A stretch of 63,966 nt of DNA, filler included, from Candidatus Babelota bacterium (GTDB lineage Bacteria; JAGOBX01): assembly GCA_017999075.1 (NCBI GenBank). It is 10 parts of 10 records of this genome, joined end to end, with 100 filler letters (N's around TTAATTAATTAA, not from the genome) between each part and the next. Parts side by side here need not be neighbours in the genome. Positions count along the whole stretch, not along the records: positions 1 to 6,466 come from JAGOBX010000207.1; positions 6,567 to 13,024 come from JAGOBX010000208.1; 8 more parts are not named here. One strand, 5' to 3'. Position 1 is the stretch's first letter; every line of letters starts with the position of its first letter. Shown piece after piece: positions 1 through 9,959 of this stretch. The translations under genes were made by a program, and so were the position numbers. The notes below the pieces were generated by a model. It searched no databases, was not told where the DNA came from, and saw nothing but the letters and a program-made list of their open reading frames with translations.

Positions 1-637
1 CAGGTTTAGAGGCTTTAGATTTTTTCGAATAACTTTTTTCAGAAGGTTGTTCTTTCAATACAGGTTTAGCAGAAACAGGTTCAACTTTAGGTGCAATCGT
101 TTTAATAGTTTTTTCTAAAACCATTATAAACTGACTATCAGACATTGTCTGGGCAAAATCAATTTTATGCCGGTTTTCCCTTATTTTTCTCTGGTTTTCA
201 GCTTCACGTGCCTTTTGAATTAAATCAGAAATAGCTATATATGTTTGAAGTTCACGAGTAGAAACGCTATTCTTATTTTTCTGAAACCACTCAAAACGTA
301 AAGCATCTTTTTCATTTGAAGATAAGGAATCCCAATTGTTTCCGATTGCAGTATCAAGTTTCCGGTCATAAGGAGGCAATAAATTCAAAATATACTTTGC
401 AGCTAATTCCTTTGAAGACGGTTTTTCCACAGTTTCTTTTCGATTTAAATAACTTAATATTTGCATTTTTGATAAATTATTTAATATCTCATTTCTAAAA
501 TACTCGCTCCTGTCTTCATTTACGCTTATACTATTATCCTCAATCAGATAATCCGCAGATTCTGATTGAATAATTCCTGATAAAATTATAATAGTTATTA
601 CAAATATACTCAATAAATTTTTTAAAAATATATTCAT
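1..637 (-). CDS. Secreted or membrane-anchored hypothetical protein, 3'-truncated by the window edge
   Basis: Not in the ORF track. ATG at 637 preceded by GAGGTG; reads MNIFLKNLLSIFVITIIILSGIIQSESADYLIEDN... (signal-peptide-like) and appears open to position 1. Confidence 0.75.
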   Translation of the reverse strand, partial: MNIFLKNLLSIFVITIIILSGIIQSESADYLIEDNSISVNEDRSEYFRNEILNNLSKMQILSYLNRKETVEKPSSKELAAKYILNLLPPYDRKLDTAIGNNWDSLSSNEKDALRFEWFQKNKNSVSTRELQTYIAISDLIQKAREAENQRKIRENRHKIDFAQTMSDSQFIMVLEKTIKTIAPKVEPVSAKPVLKEQPSEKSYSKKSKASKP

Positions 638-723
638 AATTTTAAGATCACCTCAAAATCATAAATTTTAACAAATTGATTTCATTTTATATCTTTTATA
701 AAATATTTCAATTTATTTTTAAC

Positions 724-1278
724 TTAATATAAAGGCTCTGTAGAATCATCCAAATATGATTTTTTTAACAATTCTTTCATACGCTTCCGTTTTTCCTGTC
801 TGAAAAGCACTTCAGTTTTATTTTTAAAACTTTTCAACGCTTCTTCTTCATCTTTAAAAACCTCAAAAGTCAAATCAAGATGTGAAACCTTAAGTAATTC
901 TATGATCTGCTGAGAAAGACAACATAATTTTACTTCTCCGCCTGCATTGTGGCATACTCTTAAGGCATACAGCAAAAAGGCAAAACCAGCGCTTGATATT
1001 GATACAACATTAGTGCAGTTAAAAATCAATTTGGGTTTTCCTGAACTTATAAGTTTATTTATCTGATTCATCAATTTCTGCGTATAAGGAACTTTTAATT
1101 CCGATTCAAATTTTATTATTTCAGGTTCTATTCCCTCTGCTACTGGCGCAGGAGTCTGTTGATATTGAGCTGAACGTATATTTGATTCAGTAGGACGATG
1201 AGGTTTTTTAGGTCTTTGATTATTATGACGCGATGGAGAACTGAATTTATTCTGAGATTGAGATTTTGATTTTTGCAT
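724..1278 (-). CDS. STAS-domain anti-sigma-factor antagonist with low-complexity N-terminal extension
   Basis: LIFNCTNVVSISSAGFAFLL...GGEVKLC...LLKVSHLDLTFEVFKDEEEAL fits the SpoIIAA/RsbV STAS pattern; the SSAG phospho-serine motif is retained. Confidence 0.85.
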   Translation of the reverse strand: MQKSKSQSQNKFSSPSRHNNQRPKKPHRPTESNIRSAQYQQTPAPVAEGIEPEIIKFESELKVPYTQKLMNQINKLISSGKPKLIFNCTNVVSISSAGFAFLLYALRVCHNAGGEVKLCCLSQQIIELLKVSHLDLTFEVFKDEEEALKSFKNKTEVLFRQEKRKRMKELLKKSYLDDSTEPLY

Positions 1279-1315
1279 ATTTTTTCCCCTAATTTTTTAA
1301 TAATATTATTTATTC

Positions 1316-2929
1316 TTAAATTTTTGTGGATGGGTTTGGTTTAATTATTCTCCGCCTTAAATGTTTTGGCAAAATTCCGAGTTCATCCCTATAATTTGAA
1401 ATAGTTTTTCTTTCTACAATAATCCCCTCATACGTCAGTTTTTTCCAAATATCTATATCTGATACAGGATCTGATAAATCTTCATCACTAACAATTTTTT
1501 TTATTTTTTCTTTAACTGAAACCGAAGAAATATCTTTACCCGATACTGTAGGAAGCCCATTTGAAAAGAAAAATTTCAATTCATACAATCCAAACGGGGT
1601 TTGCCCGTATTTTCCGCGGGTGCATCTTGAAATAGTAGATTCATGCAGTTTTAAATCTTCTGCTATTTCACGGAGAACCATAGGCTTCAAATAAGCGATT
1701 CCCTTCTCAAAAAAATCTTTCTGCCTTTCAAGTATTCTCGTAGCTACTCTATGCATAGTCATATGCCTTTGATTTATAGCCTTAATAAGATTTTCTGCAG
1801 AAACTATATTATCTTTTAAAAAAACTCTTTCACTTTTATTTGTACTCTGCATAAACGCAAGTTTTCTATAATACGGGTTTATTCTTAAATAAGGAAGATA
1901 ATCATCATTAATTATAACCATCCATTCTTCATTAAGTTTTTTGAAATAAACATCTGGAATTATATATTGAAAATTAGAAGCGTTCTGATCATTGTATGCA
2001 AACGCAGGATACGGCGCAAGCGCAGAAATATCATTAAGACATTTTTCAACCAGTTCAGGCGTAATTTTCATTTTCCGCGATATTTCTATGATTTTACGGT
2101 TATGAAGAAGATCAAAATGATTTTCTATTATATCAAGCGGCCATTTTGTATTAGCATTTTTTTTCTGTTTCAACTGAAATATTATAAATTCTTTCAGATT
2201 TAATGAACATATTCCCGGCGGATCCAAATTCAAAACAATTTCCCTTATTTGATTTATTTTTTCCGGCGTTGTATTGAAATATTCTGCCACGGATTCAACA
2301 CTTACATTCATATATCCGCTTTCATCAGTAGATGTAATAAGATAAATTGCAATTTTATAATCGTCATGTTTAGATATCACAAGCATTAATTGTTTTTGCA
2401 AATGCTCAAACAAAGAAATTTTTTCCGGCGTATAAACTTCAAAAGAATCTTTTTCTTCATCATAATACGAAGACGAACCCAGATATCCTATATCGCTCAC
2501 ATCATCAAAATAATTTTCCCAATTTTCATCAAATGTTTCTTCATTATCTTCTTTTAAAGTTTCCTTATAATTTTGATTTTCTTCAGAATCATATTCCTTT
2601 ACAGCATCTGATTCATTTTTGTTATTTTCAGAATCTATTTCCGGTTCAGATGGTGAATCAAATGTATCCTGCAATCCGCTTTCTTCAATATACTCCTCTT
2701 CTGTATCGGTTTTATTATCAAAATCAGATTCTGCTTCTTCATCTTCAATTTCTTCTTTATTTTCGATTGCTTCCAACACAGGATTCTGCTGAATCTCATT
2801 TTCCACCCACTGGCTAAGTTCAAGATTTGTAAATTGAAGCAATTCAATAGATTCAATTAATTGAGGGGCAAGAATATTTCTTAGTTCAGGACGTTGAGAG
2901 ACACTTAAGCCTGCCGGTCTTCTTTCCAT
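1316..2929 (-). CDS. rpoN: RNA polymerase sigma-54 factor
   Basis: Region I LAPQLIESIELLQ...ELSQWVENEIQQNPVLE, acidic region II, DPPGI core-binding segment, LKPMVLREIAEDLKLHESTISR HTH, ELKFFF, and a variant RpoN box ERKTISNYR. Confidence 0.95.
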   Translation of the reverse strand: MERRPAGLSVSQRPELRNILAPQLIESIELLQFTNLELSQWVENEIQQNPVLEAIENKEEIEDEEAESDFDNKTDTEEEYIEESGLQDTFDSPSEPEIDSENNKNESDAVKEYDSEENQNYKETLKEDNEETFDENWENYFDDVSDIGYLGSSSYYDEEKDSFEVYTPEKISLFEHLQKQLMLVISKHDDYKIAIYLITSTDESGYMNVSVESVAEYFNTTPEKINQIREIVLNLDPPGICSLNLKEFIIFQLKQKKNANTKWPLDIIENHFDLLHNRKIIEISRKMKITPELVEKCLNDISALAPYPAFAYNDQNASNFQYIIPDVYFKKLNEEWMVIINDDYLPYLRINPYYRKLAFMQSTNKSERVFLKDNIVSAENLIKAINQRHMTMHRVATRILERQKDFFEKGIAYLKPMVLREIAEDLKLHESTISRCTRGKYGQTPFGLYELKFFFSNGLPTVSGKDISSVSVKEKIKKIVSDEDLSDPVSDIDIWKKLTYEGIIVERKTISNYRDELGILPKHLRRRIIKPNPSTKI

Positions 2930-2932
2930 AAA

Positions 2933-3421
2933 TTAATAATCAACTCCAGCGTATTTTTTCAATCGCTTGGTTTTAAAAAAATCCTGAAGTATTTTTTTAC
3001 AATCAAATTCCTTTATATTTCTTATTACTTCTGTTCTATGATTGAATTTCTCATTATTAAGAATGTTCATAACTGACACATCACATCCAGCCTTATAATC
3101 AGCACACCCGTAAATAACCCGTTTTATCCTGCTGTAAATAATTGCTCCGGCGCACATAGGACACGGTTCAACTGTAATAAACATATCTGATTCTGTCAAA
3201 CGAAATACCCCTTTATTTTTTGAAGCTTCTCTTAATGCAAGAATTTCCGCGTGCGCTGTAGGATCAGCATATTGCCGGTTTCTATTATGGGTTCTTGACA
3301 ATATTCTTCCTGATTCAACTATAACAGCTCCTACAGGAACCTCGTCCTCTCTATAAGCACATTGAGCTTCTTCAAGAGCGATTTTCATATATTCTTCAAA
3401 ATATTCAATTGAATTATTCAC
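2933..3421 (-). CDS. tadA: tRNA-specific adenosine deaminase
   Basis: EVPVGAVIV, DPTAHAEILALR and TVEPCPMCAGA zinc-deaminase motifs. Confidence 0.93.
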   Translation of the reverse strand: MNNSIEYFEEYMKIALEEAQCAYREDEVPVGAVIVESGRILSRTHNRNRQYADPTAHAEILALREASKNKGVFRLTESDMFITVEPCPMCAGAIIYSRIKRVIYGCADYKAGCDVSVMNILNNEKFNHRTEVIRNIKEFDCKKILQDFFKTKRLKKYAGVDY

Positions 3422-3493
3422 TATAATTATATACCGGTCAAATAAAATGTCAAACCATAAAAATGAAACACTTACAGCCTTTTCAGAAAAAAT

Positions 3494-5389
3494 TTATTTT
3501 ATTGATTTCACTTTACAAACTTCTTTATTAGACAATCTATTCCCTAATGTGTTCACTCCTTTTATCATAACATCATCAAGATTAAACTGTTCAGTAGGTT
3601 TTTTCATTCCAGGTTTTTTCACATATTCAACTTCAACTTTAATATGTTCATTCAATGAAAAAAAATCAAGCTTTCCGGGTTCGCTGAAATACCTGTATTC
3701 TTTACCTGTAATAAATTTATCAATTTTAAATCTCTTGACAAATGAATATTTATTGGTTAAATTTTTATAAATTACAGAAAATACTAAATTTTCGTTAAAA
3801 ACATTAAAATATATTACATCTTTATCAACAAATTCACGAGCCGGCACATTTATTACTTTATAAATGCCTTTTTTAGAAATAACCAGTATTTTCGCGTAAT
3901 CAGATGTAACAATAAAATCTTCAGATTTAATTTCAGTGCCGAAATACCCTGTTTCCTTATCATAACAAACTTTAACGTTTTCCAGAGCAGCTTCGCTTTT
4001 ATCTATAACTTCGACTGTGCCTATTTTGGTTTTACGCGGAAATTTTTTAGCGTATTTATCATATAAATTCTGAATAAAATCAATTGAATACTGAGTAATC
4101 CCTTTTAAATTTGCTTTACATTTTTTTATATCGCGCACTATATCATCCATATCCTTTTTAGCTTTTTCAATATCATATCTTGAAATCTTTTTTATAGGTA
4201 TCTGAAGAAGCCTTTCGATATCATCAATCGTAAGGTCGCGTATAAACAAATGTTTAAATTTATTCAAACCTGTTCTTACTGCTTCTACTACAAGTTCATA
4301 AGTTTTGCATTCTTCTATTGACTTATAAATCCTATTCTCAATAAATATCTGCTCTAAAGTCTTATTATGCAGTAAATCTTCAAGTTCCCCAAGTTTAATC
4401 TTCAATTCACGTTTCAACAATTCGACAAGAACTTCGGTATTATATCTCAAAATTTCTTTAACGCCGATATTTACAGGTTTATTTTCCTTTATAACAATGG
4501 CATTAACAGAAATCGATATCTGGCAGTCTGTAAACGCATAAAGTCCTTTCATAGTTTCTTCAATCGATACTCCCCGGGCTGTTTCTACTTCAATTTCAAT
4601 TTTGTCAGTTGTAAAATCATTTATCGACGCAATTTTTATTTTATTTTTTCTCGCAGCTTCTTCAATTGAAGATATTAAACTTTCTGTTGTCGTACCATAA
4701 GGTATTTCTTTAATTATAATACTTTTAGAGCCCTTTTTTTCCTCCATTATTGCTTTAATCTTAACCTTTCCATTTCCGTCATTATATTCCGATACATCTA
4801 TTACTCCGCCCTGCTGGAAATCAGGATAAATCTTAAAATTTTCACCTTTCAAAATCTTAATCTGAGCTTTTAATAACTCACCAAAATTGTGAGGTAATAT
4901 TTTCGTTGACATTCCAACTGCTATTCCTTCTGCTCCCTGCATTAATAAAACCGGCACTTTCGCAGGCAAAACAACAGGTTCTTGATTTCTCCCATCATAA
5001 GAAGGTATATAATCTGTAATTTTCGGGTTAAATAAAACTTCTTTGGCAAGAGATGACAACCGGCATTCTATATATCGCGCTGCAGAAGCTTCATCTCCTG
5101 TTAAGATATTTCCAAAATTTCCTTGTTTATCTATAAAATAATCTTTCTGCGCAATATTAACCAATGCCTCATATATTGAAGCGTCTCCATGAGGATGGTA
5201 TTTCATACAGTGACCTACTATATTGGCAACCTTATTAAATTTCCCATCGTCATTTTCCCATAAAGAATGCAGTATTCTCCGTTGAACAGGTTTTAACCCG
5301 TCTATTATATGTGGTATCGCCCGTTCTTTAATAACATAAGACGCATATTCTAAAAAATTAGTCTCAAACAATTTTCGCATATATTCCAT
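3494..5389 (-). CDS. parC: DNA topoisomerase IV subunit A (type IIA topoisomerase A subunit)
   Basis: RAIPHIIDGLKPVQRR, KYHPHGD and SAARYIE (catalytic Tyr); 631 aa with no evident GyrA box; directly follows the B subunit. Confidence 0.88.
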   Translation of the reverse strand: MEYMRKLFETNFLEYASYVIKERAIPHIIDGLKPVQRRILHSLWENDDGKFNKVANIVGHCMKYHPHGDASIYEALVNIAQKDYFIDKQGNFGNILTGDEASAARYIECRLSSLAKEVLFNPKITDYIPSYDGRNQEPVVLPAKVPVLLMQGAEGIAVGMSTKILPHNFGELLKAQIKILKGENFKIYPDFQQGGVIDVSEYNDGNGKVKIKAIMEEKKGSKSIIIKEIPYGTTTESLISSIEEAARKNKIKIASINDFTTDKIEIEVETARGVSIEETMKGLYAFTDCQISISVNAIVIKENKPVNIGVKEILRYNTEVLVELLKRELKIKLGELEDLLHNKTLEQIFIENRIYKSIEECKTYELVVEAVRTGLNKFKHLFIRDLTIDDIERLLQIPIKKISRYDIEKAKKDMDDIVRDIKKCKANLKGITQYSIDFIQNLYDKYAKKFPRKTKIGTVEVIDKSEAALENVKVCYDKETGYFGTEIKSEDFIVTSDYAKILVISKKGIYKVINVPAREFVDKDVIYFNVFNENLVFSVIYKNLTNKYSFVKRFKIDKFITGKEYRYFSEPGKLDFFSLNEHIKVEVEYVKKPGMKKPTEQFNLDDVMIKGVNTLGNRLSNKEVCKVKSIK

Positions 5390-5459
5390 ATCTCATTAAC
5401 CTCTATTCACATCTCCGCAGTAAAACGCGAAGATTTTTTGTTAATTATAATTACATATT

Positions 5460-6466
5460 CTAAATAAGATTCTGCATAATGAATTCTTTGCGTTCAGGAG
5501 TATTGTTCCCCATATAAAAACTCAATATATTGTTAATGACTGTGTCTCTATGAACTTCAATGTCAATCAAACGGATATCTTCGCCTATAAACTGTCCGAA
5601 TTCTTTCGGAGAAATTTCTCCTAGTCCTTTAAACCTTGTAATTTCACAGGATTTTCCAAGTTTTACCATTGCAGCATCACGCTCTTTTTCATCATAACAA
5701 TAAATCGTCTCATTTTTATTCCTTACTCTGAAAATCGGGGTTTCAAGTATGTAAACATGTCCGCCTATAACAAGATTTTTAAAGTATTGAAGGAAAAAAG
5801 TCAGTAGAAGGTTCCTTATATGAAGCCCGTCAACATCAGCATCTGTAGCAATAACTATTTTGTTATATCTAAGAGTTTCATACCCTTCTTCGATATCAAG
5901 AGCTTTCATAATATTATATAATTCTTCATTTTTATATATTGTATTTTGAGGAAGACCAAAACAATTTTTAGGCTTACCTTTCAAAGAAAAAATCGCTTGA
6001 GTATATACATCGCGGCAAGCTATCATGCTTCCGCTTGCAGACTGGCCTTCTGTAATAAATATAGTGGTTTTTTCAGCATCTGCATTTTTATCCGTATAAT
6101 GATACTTGCAGTCGCGAAGATTCGCAATACGCAAAGCTATTTTCTTTGACATTGCTTTTGCTTCACGTTTTACAGCCTGCAAATCTTTACGCAGTTTTTC
6201 ATTCAATAATATTTTTTCTAAAAGTTTTCCGCCTAATTCTTTATTTCTATTTAAAAATAACGCAAGAGAATCTTTTACAGTAGTTACTATCCATTGTTTT
6301 ATTTCAGGATTACCGAGTTTATTTTTTGTTTGAGATTCAAAAATAGGGTTTTTTAATTTTATAGCTATTGCTCCTATCACTCCGTCCCTGACATCAACAC
6401 CGTCGAAATTTTTTTTAGCAAACTCATTTATACCCTTCAAAATTCCTTCTTTAAATGCAGACAGGT
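5460..6466 (-). CDS. parE: DNA topoisomerase IV subunit B, 5'-truncated at the contig edge
   Basis: TOPRIM motifs ITEGQSA, SLKGKP, ATDADVDGLHI and RFKGLGE; the frame stays open to the contig end (HLSAFKEG). Confidence 0.88.
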
Positions 6467-6566
6467 NNNNNNNNNNNNNNNNNNNNNNNNNNNNNNNNNN
6501 NNNNNNNNNNTTAATTAATTAANNNNNNNNNNNNNNNNNNNNNNNNNNNNNNNNNNNNNNNNNNNN
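6467..6566. other. Artificial contig linker (N44-TTAATTAATTAA-N44); first of nine, others at 13025-13124, 19559-19658, 26084-26183, 32597-32696, 39082-39181, 45565-45664, 52047-52146, 58516-58615
   Basis: Identical 100-bp N spacers containing a six-frame stop; contig lengths fall steadily (6458, 6434, 6425, 6413, 6385, 6383, 6382, 6369 bp). Confidence 0.99.
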
Positions 6567-6640
6567 GTGTTACTGGAAGTTTTTTAATACTTTTTATACC
6601 CCGAATATCTTCAAATTAGTTTAACTCTATTTTATAGGAA

Positions 6641-7507
6641 TTATTTATCAAAGCATATTTTTTTATAATTACAGAAATTACATATCTTTTTATTTTTAAT
6701 CTTTGAAAATGTTTCAATATCATTTGATTCTGCCATCTGCATTTTTGAAATTGAAATACGTATATAATTACGGATATCATCTATCACTTTTTGAGTAATC
6801 TTAATTTCAGAAGAAAAAGTTTGATATAAATTTACCAAATAATATTTTACATCGTCTAAGCATGATATAAAATAATTTTTTTCACAAAACAAATATGAAA
6901 TTACAGCTCTTATCTCATCATTTTTACTAATATTCGTTTCAAATTTTTTAGAAGGCTTTCTTACTGCCCAATTGAAAATCATTGTTTCATCGCTGCTTAT
7001 ATAAATTAAATCCGCTTGTCCTTCAATCTGTTTTCCTGCCACTGTAACATAATCAACATTATGCGTTTCGCACGGGAATATGCAATTCAATAATTTTTTA
7101 TTTTTCAGCATCATATATGAATCCGATTTATAAAAATTTTCCAGTAAAGTATGCATTTCATAAAAAATTTCCGTATAATCAGTTTTTTCTCCAATACCAT
7201 AATAATTTTCAAAATTATCCATACGTTCTTTGTTAACTGCAACTTTAAAATTTTTCACGGCATCTCTCAAATAATACTCCAATCCTTTTTCTTCCTGAAA
7301 CATTAAATTTTTTAATATCTGATATATTGAATATTTTAAAATTTTTGACCTTATCAAAAACCTATTTTCGAGTTTTTTTAATTTCCATAAGTCTGAAATT
7401 TGTCCGGAATTTTCATTATAAGCAGCTATATATTGATAATAATATTTTCGTTTGCATTCATTAAAAATTTGATCGCGGGTTATTGACCATAAAAAATCCA
7501 TATACAT
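6641..7507 (-). CDS. PD-(D/E)XK nuclease superfamily protein (AddB C-terminal/Cas4-like), apparently degenerate active site
   Basis: N-terminal WSITRDQIFNECKRKYYYQY, GQADLI motif II, C-terminal CNFCNYKKIC (four-Cys cluster pattern); motif III reads IFNWAV instead of IIDYKT/IVDWKT. Confidence 0.75.
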   Translation of the reverse strand: MYMDFLWSITRDQIFNECKRKYYYQYIAAYNENSGQISDLWKLKKLENRFLIRSKILKYSIYQILKNLMFQEEKGLEYYLRDAVKNFKVAVNKERMDNFENYYGIGEKTDYTEIFYEMHTLLENFYKSDSYMMLKNKKLLNCIFPCETHNVDYVTVAGKQIEGQADLIYISSDETMIFNWAVRKPSKKFETNISKNDEIRAVISYLFCEKNYFISCLDDVKYYLVNLYQTFSSEIKITQKVIDDIRNYIRISISKMQMAESNDIETFSKIKNKKICNFCNYKKICFDK

Positions 7508-7535
7508 TTTTTCTTTTTTAATTGATTTAATTACT

Positions 7536-8501
7536 TTACAAAATAGATTTGTCCAAAAGATATTCTTTACAGCTTATAAAATTTATTTTACCGGATAAAA
7601 ACGGTTCACTCAAAACAAAACGCTTTATAGCTGACAGCGTAGAATGTCTCAAATGTCCAATAACAACCAAAGTTTTTTTTTCTGATAAAGATTTATTGTA
7701 AAACATATTCAGCCTGTCAAAAATTTTTTGTTCATTATCTTCATTATCAAGAAATCCCTGATTTAAAATTGAACCGATATCATACTTTTTGGCTATTGAA
7801 TACGCTTCTGTTTTCGGACTGGTGCGGCTGTCTAAAAAAAATATTTTTTTATTCGAAACAGTCATATTATAAGATTTTATTTTAGACATTAAAATATTCA
7901 TAAGCCTCGAGTCTGCTGTTCCTTTTGACCCCATATGATTATTAATTCCGTCAATACCAGAATATTTTTCAAATAAATAACTCATTCTTTTTTCTATTTC
8001 AGAATCTGTCATAGAAGTTAAAATAAAATCTTTAGCATTTTTCATATGAGAAGGATTTTCAGGTTCTATCGGCAGATGAAGCAGCAGATTTTTACCTGAT
8101 TCCATTATAAGTTCCATTGATTTATCAGTATGCTCCAAATCAGGTATGACCGCAAAATTCAATTCCGCTTCAATACTCAAAAATTCTTTTAAAAGTTTCA
8201 AATTAGAACCGACATCATCAATCACTATTACAAGCGATGAAAATTTATCTTCATTTTTTTGACTGATATTGTTTTCTTCAAAATTCTGAGTCACGCTATA
8301 ATTTAAAGTGTCTGATTTTTCAATAACTGCGTTTAAGAATTTTTCTGTTAACCCTGAAGTATCTATAGATTCTGTGCGAATATTATTTTTATGAATAATA
8401 GAATTGTTTTTTTTTTTCGCGGGATACCAATAATACATGACAGCAGTTATTATCAAAATTATAACAACTGCTATCATGTAATTTTTTTTTTTATTTCTCA
8501 T
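7536..8501 (-). CDS. Divergent polysaccharide deacetylase family protein (YibQ-like), N-terminal membrane anchor
   Basis: IVIDDVG, LLHLPIEP, GINNHMGS, FFLDSRT, FLDN and VIGH motifs. Confidence 0.9.
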   Translation of the reverse strand: MRNKKKNYMIAVVIILIITAVMYYWYPAKKKNNSIIHKNNIRTESIDTSGLTEKFLNAVIEKSDTLNYSVTQNFEENNISQKNEDKFSSLVIVIDDVGSNLKLLKEFLSIEAELNFAVIPDLEHTDKSMELIMESGKNLLLHLPIEPENPSHMKNAKDFILTSMTDSEIEKRMSYLFEKYSGIDGINNHMGSKGTADSRLMNILMSKIKSYNMTVSNKKIFFLDSRTSPKTEAYSIAKKYDIGSILNQGFLDNEDNEQKIFDRLNMFYNKSLSEKKTLVVIGHLRHSTLSAIKRFVLSEPFLSGKINFISCKEYLLDKSIL

Positions 8502-9436
8502 TATTTTTCAAAATCTTTCGTATCAAATAATGCGTCAATAAAAACTTCAGCGTCAAATTCCCGCAAATCATCAAGTTTTTCGCCTACTCCAATAAATTTT
8601 ATTGGAATATTCAATTCCTTGATCATTGCAAAAACTAATCCGCCTTTTGCTGTTCCATCCATTTTGGTCAAAATTATTCCGGTCAACCCTATTGCTTTAT
8701 TAAACTCCTGAACCTGGTTTATAGCATTTTGACCTGTAGTAGCATCTACTACAAGAAGCACTTCATCCGGAGACGTCGGAAGTTGCTGCTGTATTACACG
8801 TTTAATTTTTTTCAATTCGTCCATTAAATTTAATTTTGTATGAAGTCTTCCTGCAGTATCTACGATAAGAACATCTATGTTTTTTGATACTGCCGAGGAT
8901 ATCGCATCATAAACTACTGCTCCAACATCTGCGCCGTGCTGATGTTTTACGCAATCGACATTTGCCCGGTTAGCCCAAATTTCCAATTGTTCTATTGCAG
9001 CGGCTCTGAACGTATCGCATGCTGCAAGCATAACTGTTTTATTATTGTTTCTAAAATACGTTGTAAGTTTTCCTATTGAAGTTGTTTTTCCTACGCCGTT
9101 AACTCCGCATATCATTACAATAGCAGGTTTTTTATTTTCAATATTCAGTGACACTTTAACCGAATCTATAATATAATTTTTAAGCTCAGTTTTTATACAG
9201 TTGATTATTTCATTAACATCAGCATTTTTTGTTACTTTAACATTATTAGCAATTTTTTCAGTTATTGAACAGGCAAGTGCTGCGCCTACATCAGCTGAAA
9301 TAAGTATTTCTTCAAGCTGTTCAAGAAAATCGCTGTCTATACTTTTTTTTCCAGTCAGCGCCGCTGATATCCCTGAAATAATATTAGTCCTGGTTTTAAA
9401 AAGTCCATTTTTTAATTTATCAAACAACCCCATCAT
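8501..9436 (-). CDS. ftsY: Signal recognition particle receptor FtsY
   Basis: GVNGVGKTT, DTFRAAA, DTAGR, DATTGQN, TKMDGTAKGG and GVGE. Confidence 0.97.
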   Translation of the reverse strand: MMGLFDKLKNGLFKTRTNIISGISAALTGKKSIDSDFLEQLEEILISADVGAALACSITEKIANNVKVTKNADVNEIINCIKTELKNYIIDSVKVSLNIENKKPAIVMICGVNGVGKTTSIGKLTTYFRNNNKTVMLAACDTFRAAAIEQLEIWANRANVDCVKHQHGADVGAVVYDAISSAVSKNIDVLIVDTAGRLHTKLNLMDELKKIKRVIQQQLPTSPDEVLLVVDATTGQNAINQVQEFNKAIGLTGIILTKMDGTAKGGLVFAMIKELNIPIKFIGVGEKLDDLREFDAEVFIDALFDTKDFEK

Positions 9437-9479
9437 TTAACTCCGTATTTTATAACATTTTAAAATTCAGACAACTCAA

Positions 9480-9887
9480 TCATTCTGTTGTACTGCCTGA
9501 AAAATGCGAATAAATTATCTTCCATCTATCATTTAATTTTTCAAAAATTACTGTCCAATGAGCTCCTGCAACTTTAATTTTTTTGCCGGATTTTATTGTT
9601 TCTATATTACATTTGGCATAAGCTAAAGCATGATTGTTTTCTGAAAAAACAGTAATTTCTGAAACTTTCATCTTCGTGGATTTAAACCCGGAAAAGATTT
9701 TTTTAAACAAACTTTCAATTTTTTTTCGGCCAACAACCTTATCAGGCAGGGCTGAATCTATAAGCATAACATCTGCTTTTTCAGAAAAAAACGACATTGT
9801 AGTATCAACATCATGATTTTGATACGCTTTAGCCATTGAACTAAACATTAACTTAATTTCTTTTTCAATTTTTAAATTTTTTTTCAT
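9480..9887 (-). CDS. NTF2-like/SnoaL-like domain protein
   Basis: 135 aa; AYQNHDVDTTMSFFS...WTVIFEKLNDRWKIIYSHFS is typical of the SnoaL/DUF4440 fold. Confidence 0.8.
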   Translation of the reverse strand: MKKNLKIEKEIKLMFSSMAKAYQNHDVDTTMSFFSEKADVMLIDSALPDKVVGRKKIESLFKKIFSGFKSTKMKVSEITVFSENNHALAYAKCNIETIKSGKKIKVAGAHWTVIFEKLNDRWKIIYSHFSGSTTE

Positions 9888-9959
9888 TAAATTCTCCCTC
9901 CTTTAAATTATAACTCTTTATAAAAATTTATTACTTTTAGTTACTAATCTCTATAAAAA

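Noticed and set aside
316-498. Short ORF-track entries antisense to or nested in long genes (this one and most other 60-165 aa entries)
   Set aside because: Shadow ORFs overlapping well-supported genes, with no recognisable motifs.
5160-5210. Ala at the position equivalent to GyrA Ser83 (HPHGDASIYE) as a quinolone-resistance mutation
   Set aside because: HPHGDAS is, from recall, the normal sequence in this ParC subtype; there is no evidence of acquired resistance.
6641-7507. Cas4-like protein as evidence of a CRISPR-Cas locus
   Set aside because: No repeat-spacer array or other cas gene was seen anywhere in the window.
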